A stretch of 61,481 nt of DNA from Carcharhinus longimanus (GCA_030264375.1 JASCQW010000081.1:62166300-62227780); one strand, 5' to 3'; shown: positions 25,085 through 37,348, counted from the stretch's first letter. Made by a program: numbers and translations. Notes: a model not told the origin generated them from the sequence alone.

Positions 25085-25318
25085 ATGGCTGCACGCAAGA
25101 AAACAGCTGCACTAAGGTTCAGCAATGGCTTCCTTGATGCCCTCATCTGTGGAGTCCACCACAATGTCTTCTATCCAAGGAATGGCTCCTGGAGGCCCAC
25201 CAGCCTCACTTTGCCAGTTTGGGAAGCAATTGCAAGGGAAGTCTGATTGTCGGGCACCCACCCGAGATACGCCGTGCAGTGCATTGAGAGGTTGAATGAT
25301 CTCACTCGCTCCTCCGGG
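25085..25318 (+). pseudogene. Harbinger Myb/SANT-like DNA-binding gene relic (first exon)
   Basis: MAARKKTAALRFSNGFLDALICGV..VFYPRNG..RP..WEAIAREV*..AVQCIERLNDLTRSS fits the Myb/SANT (NAIF1-like) pattern; ends at a decayed donor (ataagt). Confidence 0.75.
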
Positions 25319-26918
25319 ATAAGTCAAAACCTTCAGCTCACTCAAATCTCTCTCACTCATAAAGGCATCATGCACTCAAAGGGTTAAATTATTCAGAGAG
25401 CTCACATGCTTTTAGCAGGGACACATTACCACTGATTGTCTCGCTGACATTTTAACATCACATCTGGAATGCAGCAGAAACTCAGCTCTGCCAAAGTCAT
25501 CAAAGACAACAGAGTGTGCCAGTCAACAGGCTGCCTCCAACTCTGCTGCAGATGTTGGGGATGTGCCAAGATGTTTAGGGTTAGAAAAATTAAGAAACTT
25601 TGTCACTTCAAGCTCATGGAAGTTTACTAATGTATATATCATGTACCATGTAAATTTGTTTGCTGTTCATGAGAATGATTTTGTCATTTCAATGTGCCAT
25701 GCATGTGCATCTATATGTCCTCCTTTTGCGAGGGTGAGCCATGCTCTCACCCAGTGATAGCCTCTCTTTGTGAGCCTCACGTTCATGTAATGTGTAGCTG
25801 AGTCACGAAAGTTATTTGACCCTTGTGTTATGTCAGGGAGATGTATCAAAATCGTGATTGGAAATGTTTTCAGAATGTGTTAGTAGCCTCTACTCCTTAC
25901 AAGACAATATGGAGTTAGGTTTCCTCACTAGTCTTGGAGAGTTTGCTGTAATTGTTCCTCAAAATGAGAAGGGCTCCCTTCATTGGAATGCCAAAGCACA
26001 ACACATGCAGCCATGGTGATCTGTTCAATCGCGCATGCATCTCAGTGTTCATAAAGGTGCCAATGACTGCATCAAGTGCATCAAATACACAGTTCATCAC
26101 TGACCTTTCCAAATTTAAGGGCTTGGTGAATCATGAGGATTGAAATAGCAAGTCTGAATACAGAACTTGCACTAAATGTCACTGTTTGTAAAGGCCTTTC
26201 TATGCACTGATATGGCACTGAGGGACAGGAGGAATGTGGCCATGTCCTGCTGACTGCACCTTATTCTTTCAGGAACTATGTGGCTATCAATGTGACAAGG
26301 GTACATCTTCCACATCACACTCCCTCAATGGCATTTACATGTGGAAGCTGACCCTCCTCAGGTTCCTGCCCTTCATCCTCTGAGGAGTTCGTAGCCTCTT
26401 CTATGTCTCCCTCTGACGAGGGATACCCCTTTGATGTTGTGAAGGGTGCAGCAGACCACGATTATGTGGGCACCCTGTGTGGAGATTGCAGCAGAGCCCC
26501 ACCTGGACCATCAAAACTTCAGCAGTATATATTCAGGATGCCAATGATCTGCTCAATAATGGATCATGTTGACCTATGCACTGCGTTGTACCCCCCCTCA
26601 GAGGCACTGCAGGGCTGTCATGAGCCATCGTTTGGGTACCCCCTTATCCCTAAGCAGCCAGCCCTGTAATCGCTGAGGTGTTTCGAACATGGGAGGCACC
26701 TGGGAGTGAGTCAGGATGTTTGGGTCATGGGAGCTCTCAGGGTACCTGGCACAAAAGTGCATGATGTGTTTCTGATGATCACACACCAGCTGAACGTTCA
26801 GGGAGTAGAAGCTTTCCCTGTTAATGAACACCAGGGGCTACTGCCTTGGAGCTCTCGAAGCCACATGTGTGCAATCAGTTGCACTGAGTACTCTAGGGAA
26901 TACTGAGATAGCTGCAAA

Positions 26919-27328
26919 CGATGATGTGGAGATGCCGGCGTTGGACTGGGTAAGCACAGTAAGAAGTCTCACAACAGCAGCTTAAAGTCCAGCAAGTTTA
27001 TTTGGCAGCACAAGCTTTCAGAGCACTGCCCCATCATCAGGTGGGTGAGAGTTGTGTTCACAAACAGGGCATATATGGATACAAACTCAGTTTACAAAAT
27101 AATGGTTGGAACGTGAGTCTTTACAGATAATCAAGTCTTAGAGGTACAGACAATGTGAGTAGAGAGAGGACTAAGCACAAGTTAAAGAGGTGTGTATTAT
27201 CTCCAGCCAGGACAATTAGTGAGATTTTGCAAGCCCAGGCAAGTCACGGGGGGTTACAGGTAGTGTGACATGAACCCAAGATCCCAATTGAGGCCGTCCT
27301 CATGTGCGGAACTTGGCTATCAGAGACG
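26919..27328 (-). mobile_element. 5'-truncated Penelope-like element 3' end with target-site duplication
   Basis: LIAKFRT/HEDGLNWDLGFMSHYL* (GIY-YIG-type C-terminus, one frameshift), then a 3' UTR with hammerhead core. tagctgcaaa is duplicated at 26909-26918 and 27329-27338. Confidence 0.85.
27009..27043 (-). ncRNA. Minimal type-I hammerhead ribozyme motif
   Basis: Minus strand cac-CTGATGA-tggggc agt gctct-GAAA-gc-TT-gtg: stem I cac/gtg, stem II ggggc/gctct, both catalytic boxes intact. Confidence 0.65.
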
Positions 27329-27899
27329 TAGCTGCAAATCCCAGAAATATAGCAACTTAACTCGCTTNNNNNNNNNNGTATAATTATGTGTTGAGGACTG
27401 AGAGGCTGCATAGGTCCCTTTGTGAGTTCCTGGAAAGATTCACAGGCAAACAGTTGAGCACAATAGTGACTTTTGGAGCATTGGCGGGGATCTCCTCCCA
27501 GTTCACGGGCCATTAAGTCCTCCTGCAGAATGTTGCAGCTGTGATCCACCACTTCTCTTGATAAGTGTAGACGAGTATGGTATTTTCTGTTGCTCATCTC
27601 TAGACAGGAAAATCTTCTTCAGTAGACCCTTGGTCTTGCAAGTTACCTCAATGGGTCTAACCTCCTCATCCTTTGGGAGTTGTTGGGGCTCCCCTGGACC
27701 AAGGACCTCTGGCCAGCCATCCTCTCAAAGCTGGGCTTGGCAGTACTTTTTCCTCGCCAATCGGATCACTCCTATCAAGAAGGCAGCATTGAGCGCAAGC
27801 TCCATTATTCAGTCCTCCTTCTTACTGTGGACTGATAAATGCAACAGATTGATGAACATGGACACATATAGCTAAGCTCCCACTTGCAAACAGAAAGCC

Positions 27900-29330
27900 A
27901 CTGTCATGTCCTACAGTTGTGTCTGTGCTACTAGCCTTTCACTGATACAGCCTTGCACTGAGATGGATATTCACAAATCTGGGTGACCATGATGGCAACC
28001 CTGATACTTGACACCTCAATTCTGCAGAGATTGGAAGAGGTTTGGACACATTCATGAAATATGCCACCTTATCAAAGACAATCCTGTAATCTCTGATCTC
28101 TGGTCTGGTTTGCTGATCAAGATGAACTTGCACTTCAGCAATGACTGACTGCCTTGTGGCACACCAGAGGCTTTCGGGCAGATATGCAGCAGCTGTGCTT
28201 CCTTAACAGTTGCCTGTATTTTCCACTCTCACATACCCCTCTGTTAATGCTCAATGGAGCAACTATATTGTGAAGCCAATGACTCCTGCAATTTCTCTTT
28301 GAAGACAGTGGCTCCATTTGCACCTTCATAAGGAACTCTTCCTCCTTTCTTTCAGCTCTAATTTTATTTCAATGTTAAGACACTAAGCAGTTTGGCGGAT
28401 GCCCCTGAAAGTCGTCTTACTCTCTGCATGCATGGGCAGTACTGTTCTCCAGTCCAGCCTGTGCAGCTCCCAAACTCCCTCGCATCACTCCTGTGCAGAT
28501 TCTTATCCAATTTCAATTTCAAACCATGCCATGACTTTGTCTTTCAAGTTGGTTGTGCTGAATTTTTATTTTGAGATGAGCTTCAACCCTTCCTCTCAGT
28601 GTTCAGGTCCTTCCAATCTTCCTGCACCAGGACAATGTGCAGTAGAGCTCCCTTCAGTTACTCTTAAACCTCTCCCAGCAATCCCGATTCTGTGGTAATT
28701 GTAGTGGACATTACGGAGTGCATTCCTGCCTGTGAACCTCAGAGTACCCCCTTCCAGACAATGGATGAAGCCAGTACAGCAGACCAACCTTGTATCCTCA
28801 ACAGTTTGATGTCTCACTGGCATTGGTGAAAACCCAGAGCAGAACAGCTGCTTTGTAAGCTTTGAATGTTGCACTCACCTCAAAGTCATGAGTTTAACAG
28901 TTTAACACAGCAAAGACTAATGCTCATGTGATGCTGGGACTGTGTCCTTTGGGTGAATGCTGCAGTTTTCTTGAGGTACACACAGCCACACTTGGAGTCA
29001 GAATAGCTTCCTGTAATGCCAAGAGAGACTCTGGTTGAGCCGCCTGGAATCTGGAGCAGATTCTCTACTCCAAGAAGGCAAGAAACCTTGCTTTCAGCTA
29101 ACCAGCAGAATTTCAAAAAAACAGGGAGAGAGAGAGAGAAACATTTCTTTTCAGCATTCCCTTCTAAACTAAAACTGCTGCCAGCCATATAGAAAATGAA
29201 ACCTTAAATTCACCAGGAAAAAAAAACTGTCCAAAACACATGGCCTTCTTCCTAATAATGCAGAGTCATAAAAAGATCCCAGAGTACAAATAAACAAATC
29301 CCATTTAAGTAGCAATAAAAGGACATCTAC
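27900..29330 (-). mobile_element. Possible heavily decayed LTR-retroelement gag and leader relic
   Basis: Weak minus-strand fragments KDLNTE/EGLKLI, AWFEIE, EFG and an LTR-like (GA)n region; only faint similarity. Confidence 0.3.
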
Positions 29331-31045
29331 AGACAACTTGACAACAATGAAATAAGCTGAGGTTGTGAGAGCTGCAGAGAACCTGATTTAAAAAAAAAAT
29401 TCTTGAAGGTACACTAACATCACAAACTGATTCCTTGCTAGAAGATATCCAATTTTCTGGCCCCTTTAAATTTTCTACTCCTGCCCACCATAAGGAATGG
29501 GAAATTCTGCCTGAAACTAGTATTAACATAATGAAAAAAAATTTTACTGTCAGAGCTAGTATGTCTTGTAAAACAATTTTTCAGCTGAACTGTGTTCAGA
29601 ATCCATCAGAAAAGACTTAATAAGTATTGAAATCATAGTAGGCAGACAAAACTTTAAAACAGCAATTGGCACTGGCATTCTGATGGATATTTAAAAAGTT
29701 GGGGGCACTAAGTGTGGAAAAAAGGAAAAGCCGTTAGACTCAGTGAGCCCACTCTTTCCACTGAAGCATTTATAATTTTAACTGTTGCGCACGCTTCAAA
29801 ATTGACTTAAAATCCCAAAGGAAGCAAATAACCACACAGAAAACTTACAACTGTGAAACTTCTGGCTCATCCCAATTACATTTCAGCAGATTTTTATACT
29901 CTCACGCTGTTATTCACTTAAACAAAAGAAGGTTTGTGATGAATCATCTTCATATCATCATTGTAACAGACATAGTTTCAGGAATTCTTAACTATCTTTG
30001 TTTGTAAAATGCTCATTCTTTTTGTAATGTTTTGCAATCTGTCCAGGGACTGTTAGCTGCTTTTCACTCAGTGTTTTTCTTATGAGTCAATAATTTGCTT
30101 TACAATTTTTATAAAGGTTCGTTTACTGTCTCAGCAAGGAGCCTGGAGACTTGTATGTTCAAACATAAACCATTTGTTGTTAACCCATAACTATGTGCAT
30201 ATCTCTGGTACTGTCATGTGTGGGTGCTGACTCCATGCTGGCACTTTCCAGACACCGCAACACAATCTACTGTCATCTTACTCTCTGCATGCATGGGCAG
30301 TACTGTTCTCCAGCCCCACATTACCTCTTGCTCTGCCGAACATCCTTTGTAAAGCGATGCTATTGATTAAAGGCATATACAGCAACCATTTGTTTCCCTG
30401 CTTTAATGGTTACGAAGAAAATTTTTAAAAATGTTTTTAATTGGATTCATTTCATGTTCAGAATCGTACTTTAGGCCAAGGATCCTACACATGATTAACC
30501 TTATTTTGGTATTCTGCAGAACGATTTTGGATCTGCATGAACTCAAAAGGCAATAAGTTACTCAGGAGTCGAGCAGATTTGACTCCAAGCTACTTAAATT
30601 CTAATGAGCACAAGACCATTTCCAAAAGCTAGTCTATTGTGCAGGCTGCTGTGTAGAACGAGTATTCCTTTGCTGTGCTCCCAAATAGTATCTGAAAAAT
30701 TAGTACAATGTTGAGACAAAATGAATGCCACTTCTTTGAAGAGCTTTGCATATGTTTGCTCGGTTGCTTTTTTAGTGTCTATAGCTGACTTCGCCTTAAG
30801 AGAGGGTAAACTTGGAAATAGCTTGGAAATAAATGTCAGAGTTTTGCTCCCAAATTTCCTCTAATTGTGCTGGATGTTATTGAGGAGCAAACTGCCCTGA
30901 TTATCTTGGTATTATTGATTCCTATATTGCTGTATTAGCATTGTCTGTCTGAAGAAGCAAGATAACACTTAAGATAAATCTTAATTTTTATTTTTTAAAA
31001 AATATTCATTCATAAATCCATACATAATTATCCTGCACTGTGTAA

Positions 31046-31428
31046 AGTGCAGGATAACTAAGGAAAGCCAGCATGATCCATTAAGAGAAAATCATATTTA
31101 ACTAACTTGCTGGAGTTTTCTGAAGAGGGAATAGAAAAGGTTGATTAGGGCAATGCAGTTGATGTAGTGTATATGGATTTTCAAAAGATATTTGATACAG
31201 TGCCATACAACAGACATATGAGCAAAATTCTAGTTCATAGATTGAAAGGTAAAGTAGGCACTTTGATAAGAAATTGGCTGAGTGAAAAAACAAGAGTAAA
31301 GATATATTTAAAATGTCGGTATCCATGGGTTAGGTGCTGGATGATTGGAGGATAGTTCATGTTGTTCTTTTGTTTAAAAAGGGCTCAAAGGTAATCTGGG
31401 AAATTATAGGCCGGTAAGTTTGATGTCA
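31046..31428 (+). mobile_element. CR1 RT fragments
   Basis: KESQH, AVDVVYMDFQKIFDTVPY, IRNWLSE; then KKGSKGNLGNYRPVSL up to the gap. Confidence 0.8.
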
Positions 31429-31528
31429 NNNNNNNNNNNNNNNNNNNNNNNNNNNNNNNNNNNNNNNNNNNNNNNNNNNNNNNNNNNNNNNNNNNNNNNN
31501 NNNNNNNNNNNNNNNNNNNNNNNNNNNN

Positions 31529-31610
31529 TCAGCCTAAGAGCACATCTTTGGGGTGTGGGAGGAAACCGGAGCACCCAGAGGAAACCCACGCAACCACAGG
31601 GAGAAACTCT
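31529..31610 (-). mobile_element. HE1/V-SINE core fragment
   Basis: tgtgggaggaaaccggagcacccagaggaaacccacgca is the reverse complement of the V-SINE core. Confidence 0.8.
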
Positions 31611-31799
31611 GGCCTGATGACTCTTACCTTCTGTCTTTTGAAGGATCTGTTTCAAATTCCTCCTCCATCAGTAAGTGACTCTACCCCTCATTATTCTCTT
31701 GCACTTATTTTCCATGTACTTTCCCAATCTTCAGGCTGTTGACATCTTTCTTGTCTCCTGTCAGACTTGAAATTCTGCGTTTGATGTTACTTGGGTCAT

Positions 31800-32340
31800 C
31801 GTAACATTGACCACATCATTCCAGATCAGCCCATCTGCCGGTGAAATCTTCTTCCATTGCCTCCAGACTATTCCAGTGCTTCCCCAGTTGAATCTCGGTT
31901 CATCCAAACATCTGCCACCTGCTTCACATCTCACCAACCAACAGCACCCTTCTTCAGTGATCTACATGAAGTCCTAATCCTGTAAGGTTTTAAACTTGAT
32001 ATTCTCATTCTTATATTTAAATTCCTTAATGGCCTCAATTTTCTGATACTTGGAACTCTCTTCAGTGTTACTTCTGGAAATTCTGTACATCTCTGACTCT
32101 ACCCTCTTTGTGCATCTGCTCTCCCTAATCACCACCAATAGCGACCATGCCCCAGGTACCTCTGTTCGACGTTCTAAAATTCTCTCCTTAACTTACTCAG
32201 TCTCTCCACATCCTCCTTCAAACCCATCTGGGTGACTTGTAATCTATCCTTCTTTAGTTTGGTGTCCATTTTTACTCTCTTCCATGAAGCACCATGGCAT
32301 ATTTGTCTATGTTAATAGCATAATACAATTTCAAGTTAAC
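31800..32340 (+). mobile_element. Old L2 LINE 3' fragment
   Basis: FSDLHEV..DILILIFKFLNGL remnant and an L2-like tail tgaagcacc..ctatgttaatagc..atacaatttcaagtt. Confidence 0.55.
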
Positions 32341-32792
32341 AGCCATGTCTTAAGTTTTAAATATCTCTCCGATTGTTTTTATGGCTTTGATACTGCTCGT
32401 GTAATCTCTCTGATGTACATCGTGCTTCTGATGCACTTGCATTCTTCTAAACCTCTGACGGTCTTAATACTTTCAAATGTGCTTTATGCTATTTTTGCTA
32501 GCCAGGTTCACTTTCTTCTGGATGTTCCCCTCTCCTAATTCAACTTCTTCTTTTAGCAAACAGATGAAAGCAACTGAAGCAAAAGTCTAGAATACCAAAC
32601 CAACCTTGCATTCATTATTCGTCCTTCATCAGTTGTCTTACACAGTATGATACTTCGATGAAGCTAATCAGTTAGGGGTCCAAATTTTGTTACAGCATGC
32701 AATCATCTATTCTAAATTATCAACAGATCAATCTATGTCTAGCTCAGTGACAAGACGGATTGTATAGTATTGAGATTGGAGCCAAGAGATAT

Positions 32793-33195
32793 GGGAAGGG
32801 ATTTTCTGGCCTCCTCGTGTTCCTCATGGTGGGAGGCACAACACCATTCACCACTAGTGGGATCCTCTGCTCCAACCATTGTCAATGGGATTTCCCATCA
32901 ACTGCACCCCATGCTGCTGGGAACCATCAGTGGGACCAAAAGAGCCGCTGGCATGAACATCCAGAAAATTCCGACCATTGTTTTTTCCAATGCAGAGGAA
33001 TTGGAATTTAGAATTGGTGGGATTTTCTGGCCCTTCCCATTAGTGTGATCTTCTGGTCCCACCAAAGGTGACTCTTTCGGGGCGGGTTCTTCAGTGGAGG
33101 AGTTGGGCAAACCATACAAATTGCCATAGACCTTGGCGGGACCAGAAGATCCTGCTGGCAACCCGTGGTGATCTACCTTTGCCGCTGGATCCCGC
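32793..33195. mobile_element. Two adjacent MITE-like elements (about 32793-32977 and 33016-33195)
   Basis: Both begin gggattttctggcc; the first ends ccagaaaattcc; internal gatc.tctg.tcc / gggacca.aaga inverted motifs. Confidence 0.65.
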
Positions 33196-33334
33196 CCATA
33201 CCTTTCTGGCCCTCCATCCTTACTCACTGCCACAATAAATCTTGATGAGGATAGGGGGAAAGATTTCTTCAGCCTGCTTCTACATCGGTAAATCTGGTAA
33301 TATTCTTCTGCTGAGCTTAGCAGCAGCCTTGGAA

Positions 33335-34106
33335 GCTGCACTTTGGAAGGACAAACCAAGGTAGAACAAGGTAAATGGTAGGACACTGAAGAGTGCAGTA
33401 GAACAGAGGGATCTGGGAATACAGATACATAATTCCCTAAAAGTGGCATCACAGGTAGATAGGGTCGTAAAGAGTGTTTTTGGTACATTGGCCTTTATAA
33501 ATCAAAGTATTGAATATAAGAGTTGGAATGTTATGGTGAGGTTGTATAAGACATTGGTGAGGCTAGATTTGGAGTATTGTGTGCAGTTTTGGTCACCTAA
33601 TTACAGGAAGGATATTAATAAGGTTAAAGAGTGCAGAGAAGGTTTACAAGGATGTTGCCGGGACTTGAGAAATTGAGTTACAGAGAAAGGTTGAATATGT
33701 TAGGATTTTATTCCCTGGAGTGTAGAAGAATGAGGGGAGATTTGATAATGGTGTATAAAATTATGATGCGTATAGATACAGTGAATGCAAGCAGGCTTTT
33801 TCCACTGAGGCTAGGGGAGAAGAAAAACTAGAGGACATGGGTTAAGGTTGAAGGGGGAAAAGTTTAAAGGGAATATTGGGGAGGGGGTTCTTCACACAGA
33901 GAGTGGTGGGAGTGTGGAATGAGCTGCCAGATGAAGTGGTAAATGCGGGCTCATTTTTAACATTTAAGAAAAAGTTGGACAGATACGTGGAGAGAGGAGT
34001 GTGGAGGGATATGGTCCCGGTACAGGTCAGCAGGACTAGGCAGAAAAATGGTTTGCCAAGAAGGGCCAAAAGACCTGTTTCTGTGCTGTAGTGTTCTATG
34101 GTTCTA
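33335..34106 (+). mobile_element. CR1 LINE 3' fragment (relatively young)
   Basis: LYKTLVRLDLEYCVQFWSPNYRKD, QRRFTRMLPGL, RMRGDLI, FFTQRVVGVWNELP and tail ttctatggttcta. Confidence 0.92.
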
Positions 34107-35235
34107 AGGTAAATGGTTGTTTTTCAGATTGGAGGAAGCTTATAGTGGATTTCCCCAGAGGTCTATGTTGGGATCTTTCTGACATGTATTAATGACCTAG
34201 ATTGTAATATTCAGGACATGATTTCAAAATTTGTAGACGATACACAGATTGGAAACATTATCAATTGTGATGAGGAATGTATTGAAATTCAAAAGAACAT
34301 AGACATGTTGGTGGATTGGGCGGACAGTGGAAGCTGAAGTTGAATGCAGTGAAGTGTGAGGTGATGCATTTAATTGGAAGAATATGAAGAGACACTATAA
34401 ACTAAAGAAAGAAACTCTAGAAGATGTTCAGGAACTGAGAGACTTTGGTGTATGTACATAAATCATTGGCAGGGCATGTTGAGAAACCAGTTAATAAAGT
34501 ATATAGTTTCTTAGCATTATTAATTGGAACATTGAGTACAAGATTAAGGAGGTCATGCTGAACTTGTATAAGACACAAGTTGGGTCTCATCCAGAATACT
34601 GCATCCAGTTCTGGGTGACATACTTGAGGAAGCATGTGGCATTGGAGAGAATACAGAGGAGAATCAAAAGAATAATTTCAGGGATAAAGAAGCATAACCA
34701 TGAGGATAGATTGGAGAGGCTGAGACTATTTCCCTTGGAGAAAAGAGGTTGGGAGGAGACTTGATAGAGGCATTCAAGATCCAGATGAGTATTGACAAGG
34801 TAAATAGAGAGAAATTGTTCCCACTCAAACAAACATCAAGAACTAGAAGGCACAGATACAAAATAATTTGTGAAAGGAGTAAAGGAAAATGTTTTCACCA
34901 AGAAGGTGATTGGAGTCTGGAATGAATTTACTGAGAGGGTGGTGGAGGCAGCTTTGATGAAGGTATTGAAATGGTACTGATGAAGCTCTGATGAAGGGAC
35001 ATCCTGACTTGGAAAATTAGCTCTAATCACTCTCCACAGATGCTATCAGACCTGCTGAGTTTTTCCAGCATTTTCTGTTTTGTATTGAAAAGAGAATTGG
35101 ATTGTTATCTGAAAAAAGAGAATGTGCTAGGTTAGGGGATAGGGTGGGGAGTGGAACTAAATTGAATGCTCTTTCAGAGAGTCATTGCAGACTCAATGGG
35201 CTGAATGGCTTCCTGCATTATAAAGATTCTGTGAT
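34107..35235 (+). mobile_element. Older CR1 LINE fragment (RT to 3' end), interrupted at 34972-35081
   Basis: SGFPQRSMLG, INDL, SKFVDDT, LYKTQVGSHPEYCIQFW, VIGVWNE. Confidence 0.88.
34972..35081 (+). mobile_element. 110-bp PLE-tail-type insert with 9-bp TSD and degenerate hammerhead core
   Basis: gtattgaaa at 34963-34971 and 35082-35090; agct-CTGATGA-agggac atcct gacttg-GAAA-att-agct. Confidence 0.75.
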
Positions 35236-35624
35236 AAAACTTTAAGACATGTTGTAGAATGTTATTACTATGTTTCATTTCGTAATGGAGCCTGAATTCT
35301 TTTGCAGGTTCTGTGGGGTAATGCAGCCCCGCCCAGAGTTACTCCCCCCCTCCTCCCTCCCCAGGGCCCAGTCTTTTGCAATATGGTGTTTTTACAGTCA
35401 GAAGAGATTAAACAACGAAGAGCTCATGATAGTTGCTGAAATAATTAGCTTTGGCTTCTCCTGAATAATTAGCGTCTGTTTCTCCATCCCAGCGTAAGAA
35501 CTCACTGCATCCATGCCCCCTCCACACAGTCTTCTCCCATCTCACCTGGAATAAAAAGAGAAGCCTTGCCGCTCGCCATCACATTGGAATCTTCCACCCG
35601 TTTCTACAGCATCATTCTTCTGCC

Positions 35625-35842
35625 ACCCAACACACGCACACCCCCACCATACATACAGCCCCACACACAACCACCCCCACATTCACACCCCCATACCCCC
35701 CTCACACCCCCTCCCCACATATACTCGCTCCAGACACACACACCCACCCCCACACACATCTCTGCAGACGCACATCCCCATCCCCACACACACACACTAC
35801 CACATACACACATCCCCACACACACACATCCCCACATACACT
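35625..35842. repeat. C/A-rich low-complexity tract
   Basis: Degenerate (CA)/(CCCCA) repeats; explains the His/Pro/Thr and Gly/Val/Cys ORFs. Confidence 0.9.
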
Positions 35843-36005
35843 AAATTGCCCCTTAGTGTCCCAAGATGTGTAAGTTAGGGGGATTAGCAGTCTAAGTATG
35901 TGGGGCTACAGAGATAGGAAGGGGGGTGGGCCCAAGGAAAGATGCTCTGTCAGAGAATCAATGTAGACTCAATGGGTCGAATGGCAGCCTCCTGTACTGT
36001 ACAAT
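35841..36005 (+). mobile_element. HE1-type SINE 3' half
   Basis: ctaaattgccccttagtgtcccaagatgtgt..tgggtcgaatggc..cctcctgtactgt. Confidence 0.75.
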
Positions 36006-37016
36006 ACTATTAAGTACTTAAGACCCATGCTTAGGCTCTTCCTGCTGAGGCCAAAGACATGGCCTGGAAGCAGACAATCCAACTGAAAGCTGGAGGAGAA
36101 GGGAAAGGTGCATTAATGCCTCTTCTCAATTCCCCCATCATGGCATTGCTGGAATGAATGGGCCACAGGTGGTCTGAGAGTTTTGGGCATTCATAATATT
36201 TAAATTCTCTAAAGGTAGGTCAAATTTGATCAGCCCTTGCCCTCCCCTACATGCATTGATGCATCCACCTCTCCCTGTAGGGCTGCCAGTCATTCAGACT
36301 CTGGGACCCTTCGCATTAAGTCTCCCACACTCAGGGCACCCCCACCCTCTTGTTTTTAATTAGAATGACAAGGTGACCTCTCAATTGTCTGCCTCCCACA
36401 AGATTACTGCTCTGTGACCAGCAGACATTAGTAGGGACAAGATCTTCTTTTGGTCACAACTGCAAAAAGTTTTCAATTTTGGAAAGCCTCCAACCTATGC
36501 AGCCATTTCCACCAACCAGCATTGTTCTTCAAAGTTTAAGAAAACTAAGACCACACAATCTTGTAGCCTTTATCATTCTCTTTGCTTTGGCCTGTCCCAA
36601 GAGTGCATTCAGAATGCAGTTCTAAATTAGTCCTGACTAACGGTCTGGGGTCGGTGGTCATGCTCCAAGCATGCCATACGGAAGGTGTTGCTATTGTCAG
36701 AATTTCCTTTGGATAGCTGAAAATTTTGCAATATTTTTTAATGTTGGAGCAGGGTGCAACTTCCAGCTGCTCTTTCTTTACATTATAATGTAATTCAACA
36801 ATAACTGGACTTCTGCACACGTGCACCAGACATTGGAGGCATGTTTCCACTCGTAGCTGATAATGCAACTTTTATCATCCCTCAAAGACACACTTACAAA
36901 ATACAATCATAATGCATGAAGGTTTAATTCCTACAATGCATTTATTCCAGTGTTAGTAACCCTGTAAACATCCATCTGTTTATTTATCATGGGCTGGGTT
37001 TTCTCAAATACCTAGT

Positions 37017-37348
37017 GGGCGGCACGGTAGCACAGTATTTAGCACTGCTGCTTCACAGCTCCAGGGACCTGGGTTCAATTCTCGGCTTGGGTCACTGTCT
37101 ATGTGGAGTTTGTACGTTCTCTTCGTGTCTGCTTGGGTTTCCTCCAGGTGCTCCGATTTCCTCCCACAGTCCAAAGATGTGCAGGTTAGGTTGATTGGCC
37201 ATGCCAAATTGACCATAGAAGCATAGGTTAGAGTATTAGTGGATAAAATATGTATAGATATGGGGGTAGGGCCTGGGTGGGATTGTGGTCGGTGCAGACA
37301 CGATGGGCTGAATGGCCTCTTTCTGTACTGCAGGTTTCTATGATTTCT
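37017..37348 (+). mobile_element. Full-length HE1-type tRNA-derived V-SINE
   Basis: Head gggcggcacggtagcacagt..tagcactgctgc, box B ggttcaattc, V core gggtttcctcc.ggtgctcc..tttcctcccaca, CR1-like tail. Confidence 0.9.

Larger units (their letters stand above)
26261..27805 (-). pseudogene. Decayed PIF/Harbinger DDE transposase, interrupted by a Penelope-like insert
   Basis: RLHLSREVVDHSCNILQEDL, GFAAISVFPRV..DCTHV, FINRESFYSLNVQLVCDH, RYPESSHD, GWLLRDKG, IEQIIGIL, HIIVVCCTLHN and acidic tail; multiple stops and frameshifts. Confidence 0.9.

Noticed and set aside
26261-27805. Domesticated HARBI1 gene
   Set aside because: Stops, frameshifts and a PLE insertion show it is a dead transposon copy.
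32898-33488. 196-aa minus-strand ORF
   Set aside because: Runs across a CR1 antisense strand and two MITEs, so it is a chimeric chance ORF.
35566-35844. His/Pro/Thr-rich and Gly/Cys/Val-rich ORFs (keratin-associated-like)
   Set aside because: Low-complexity C/A tract.
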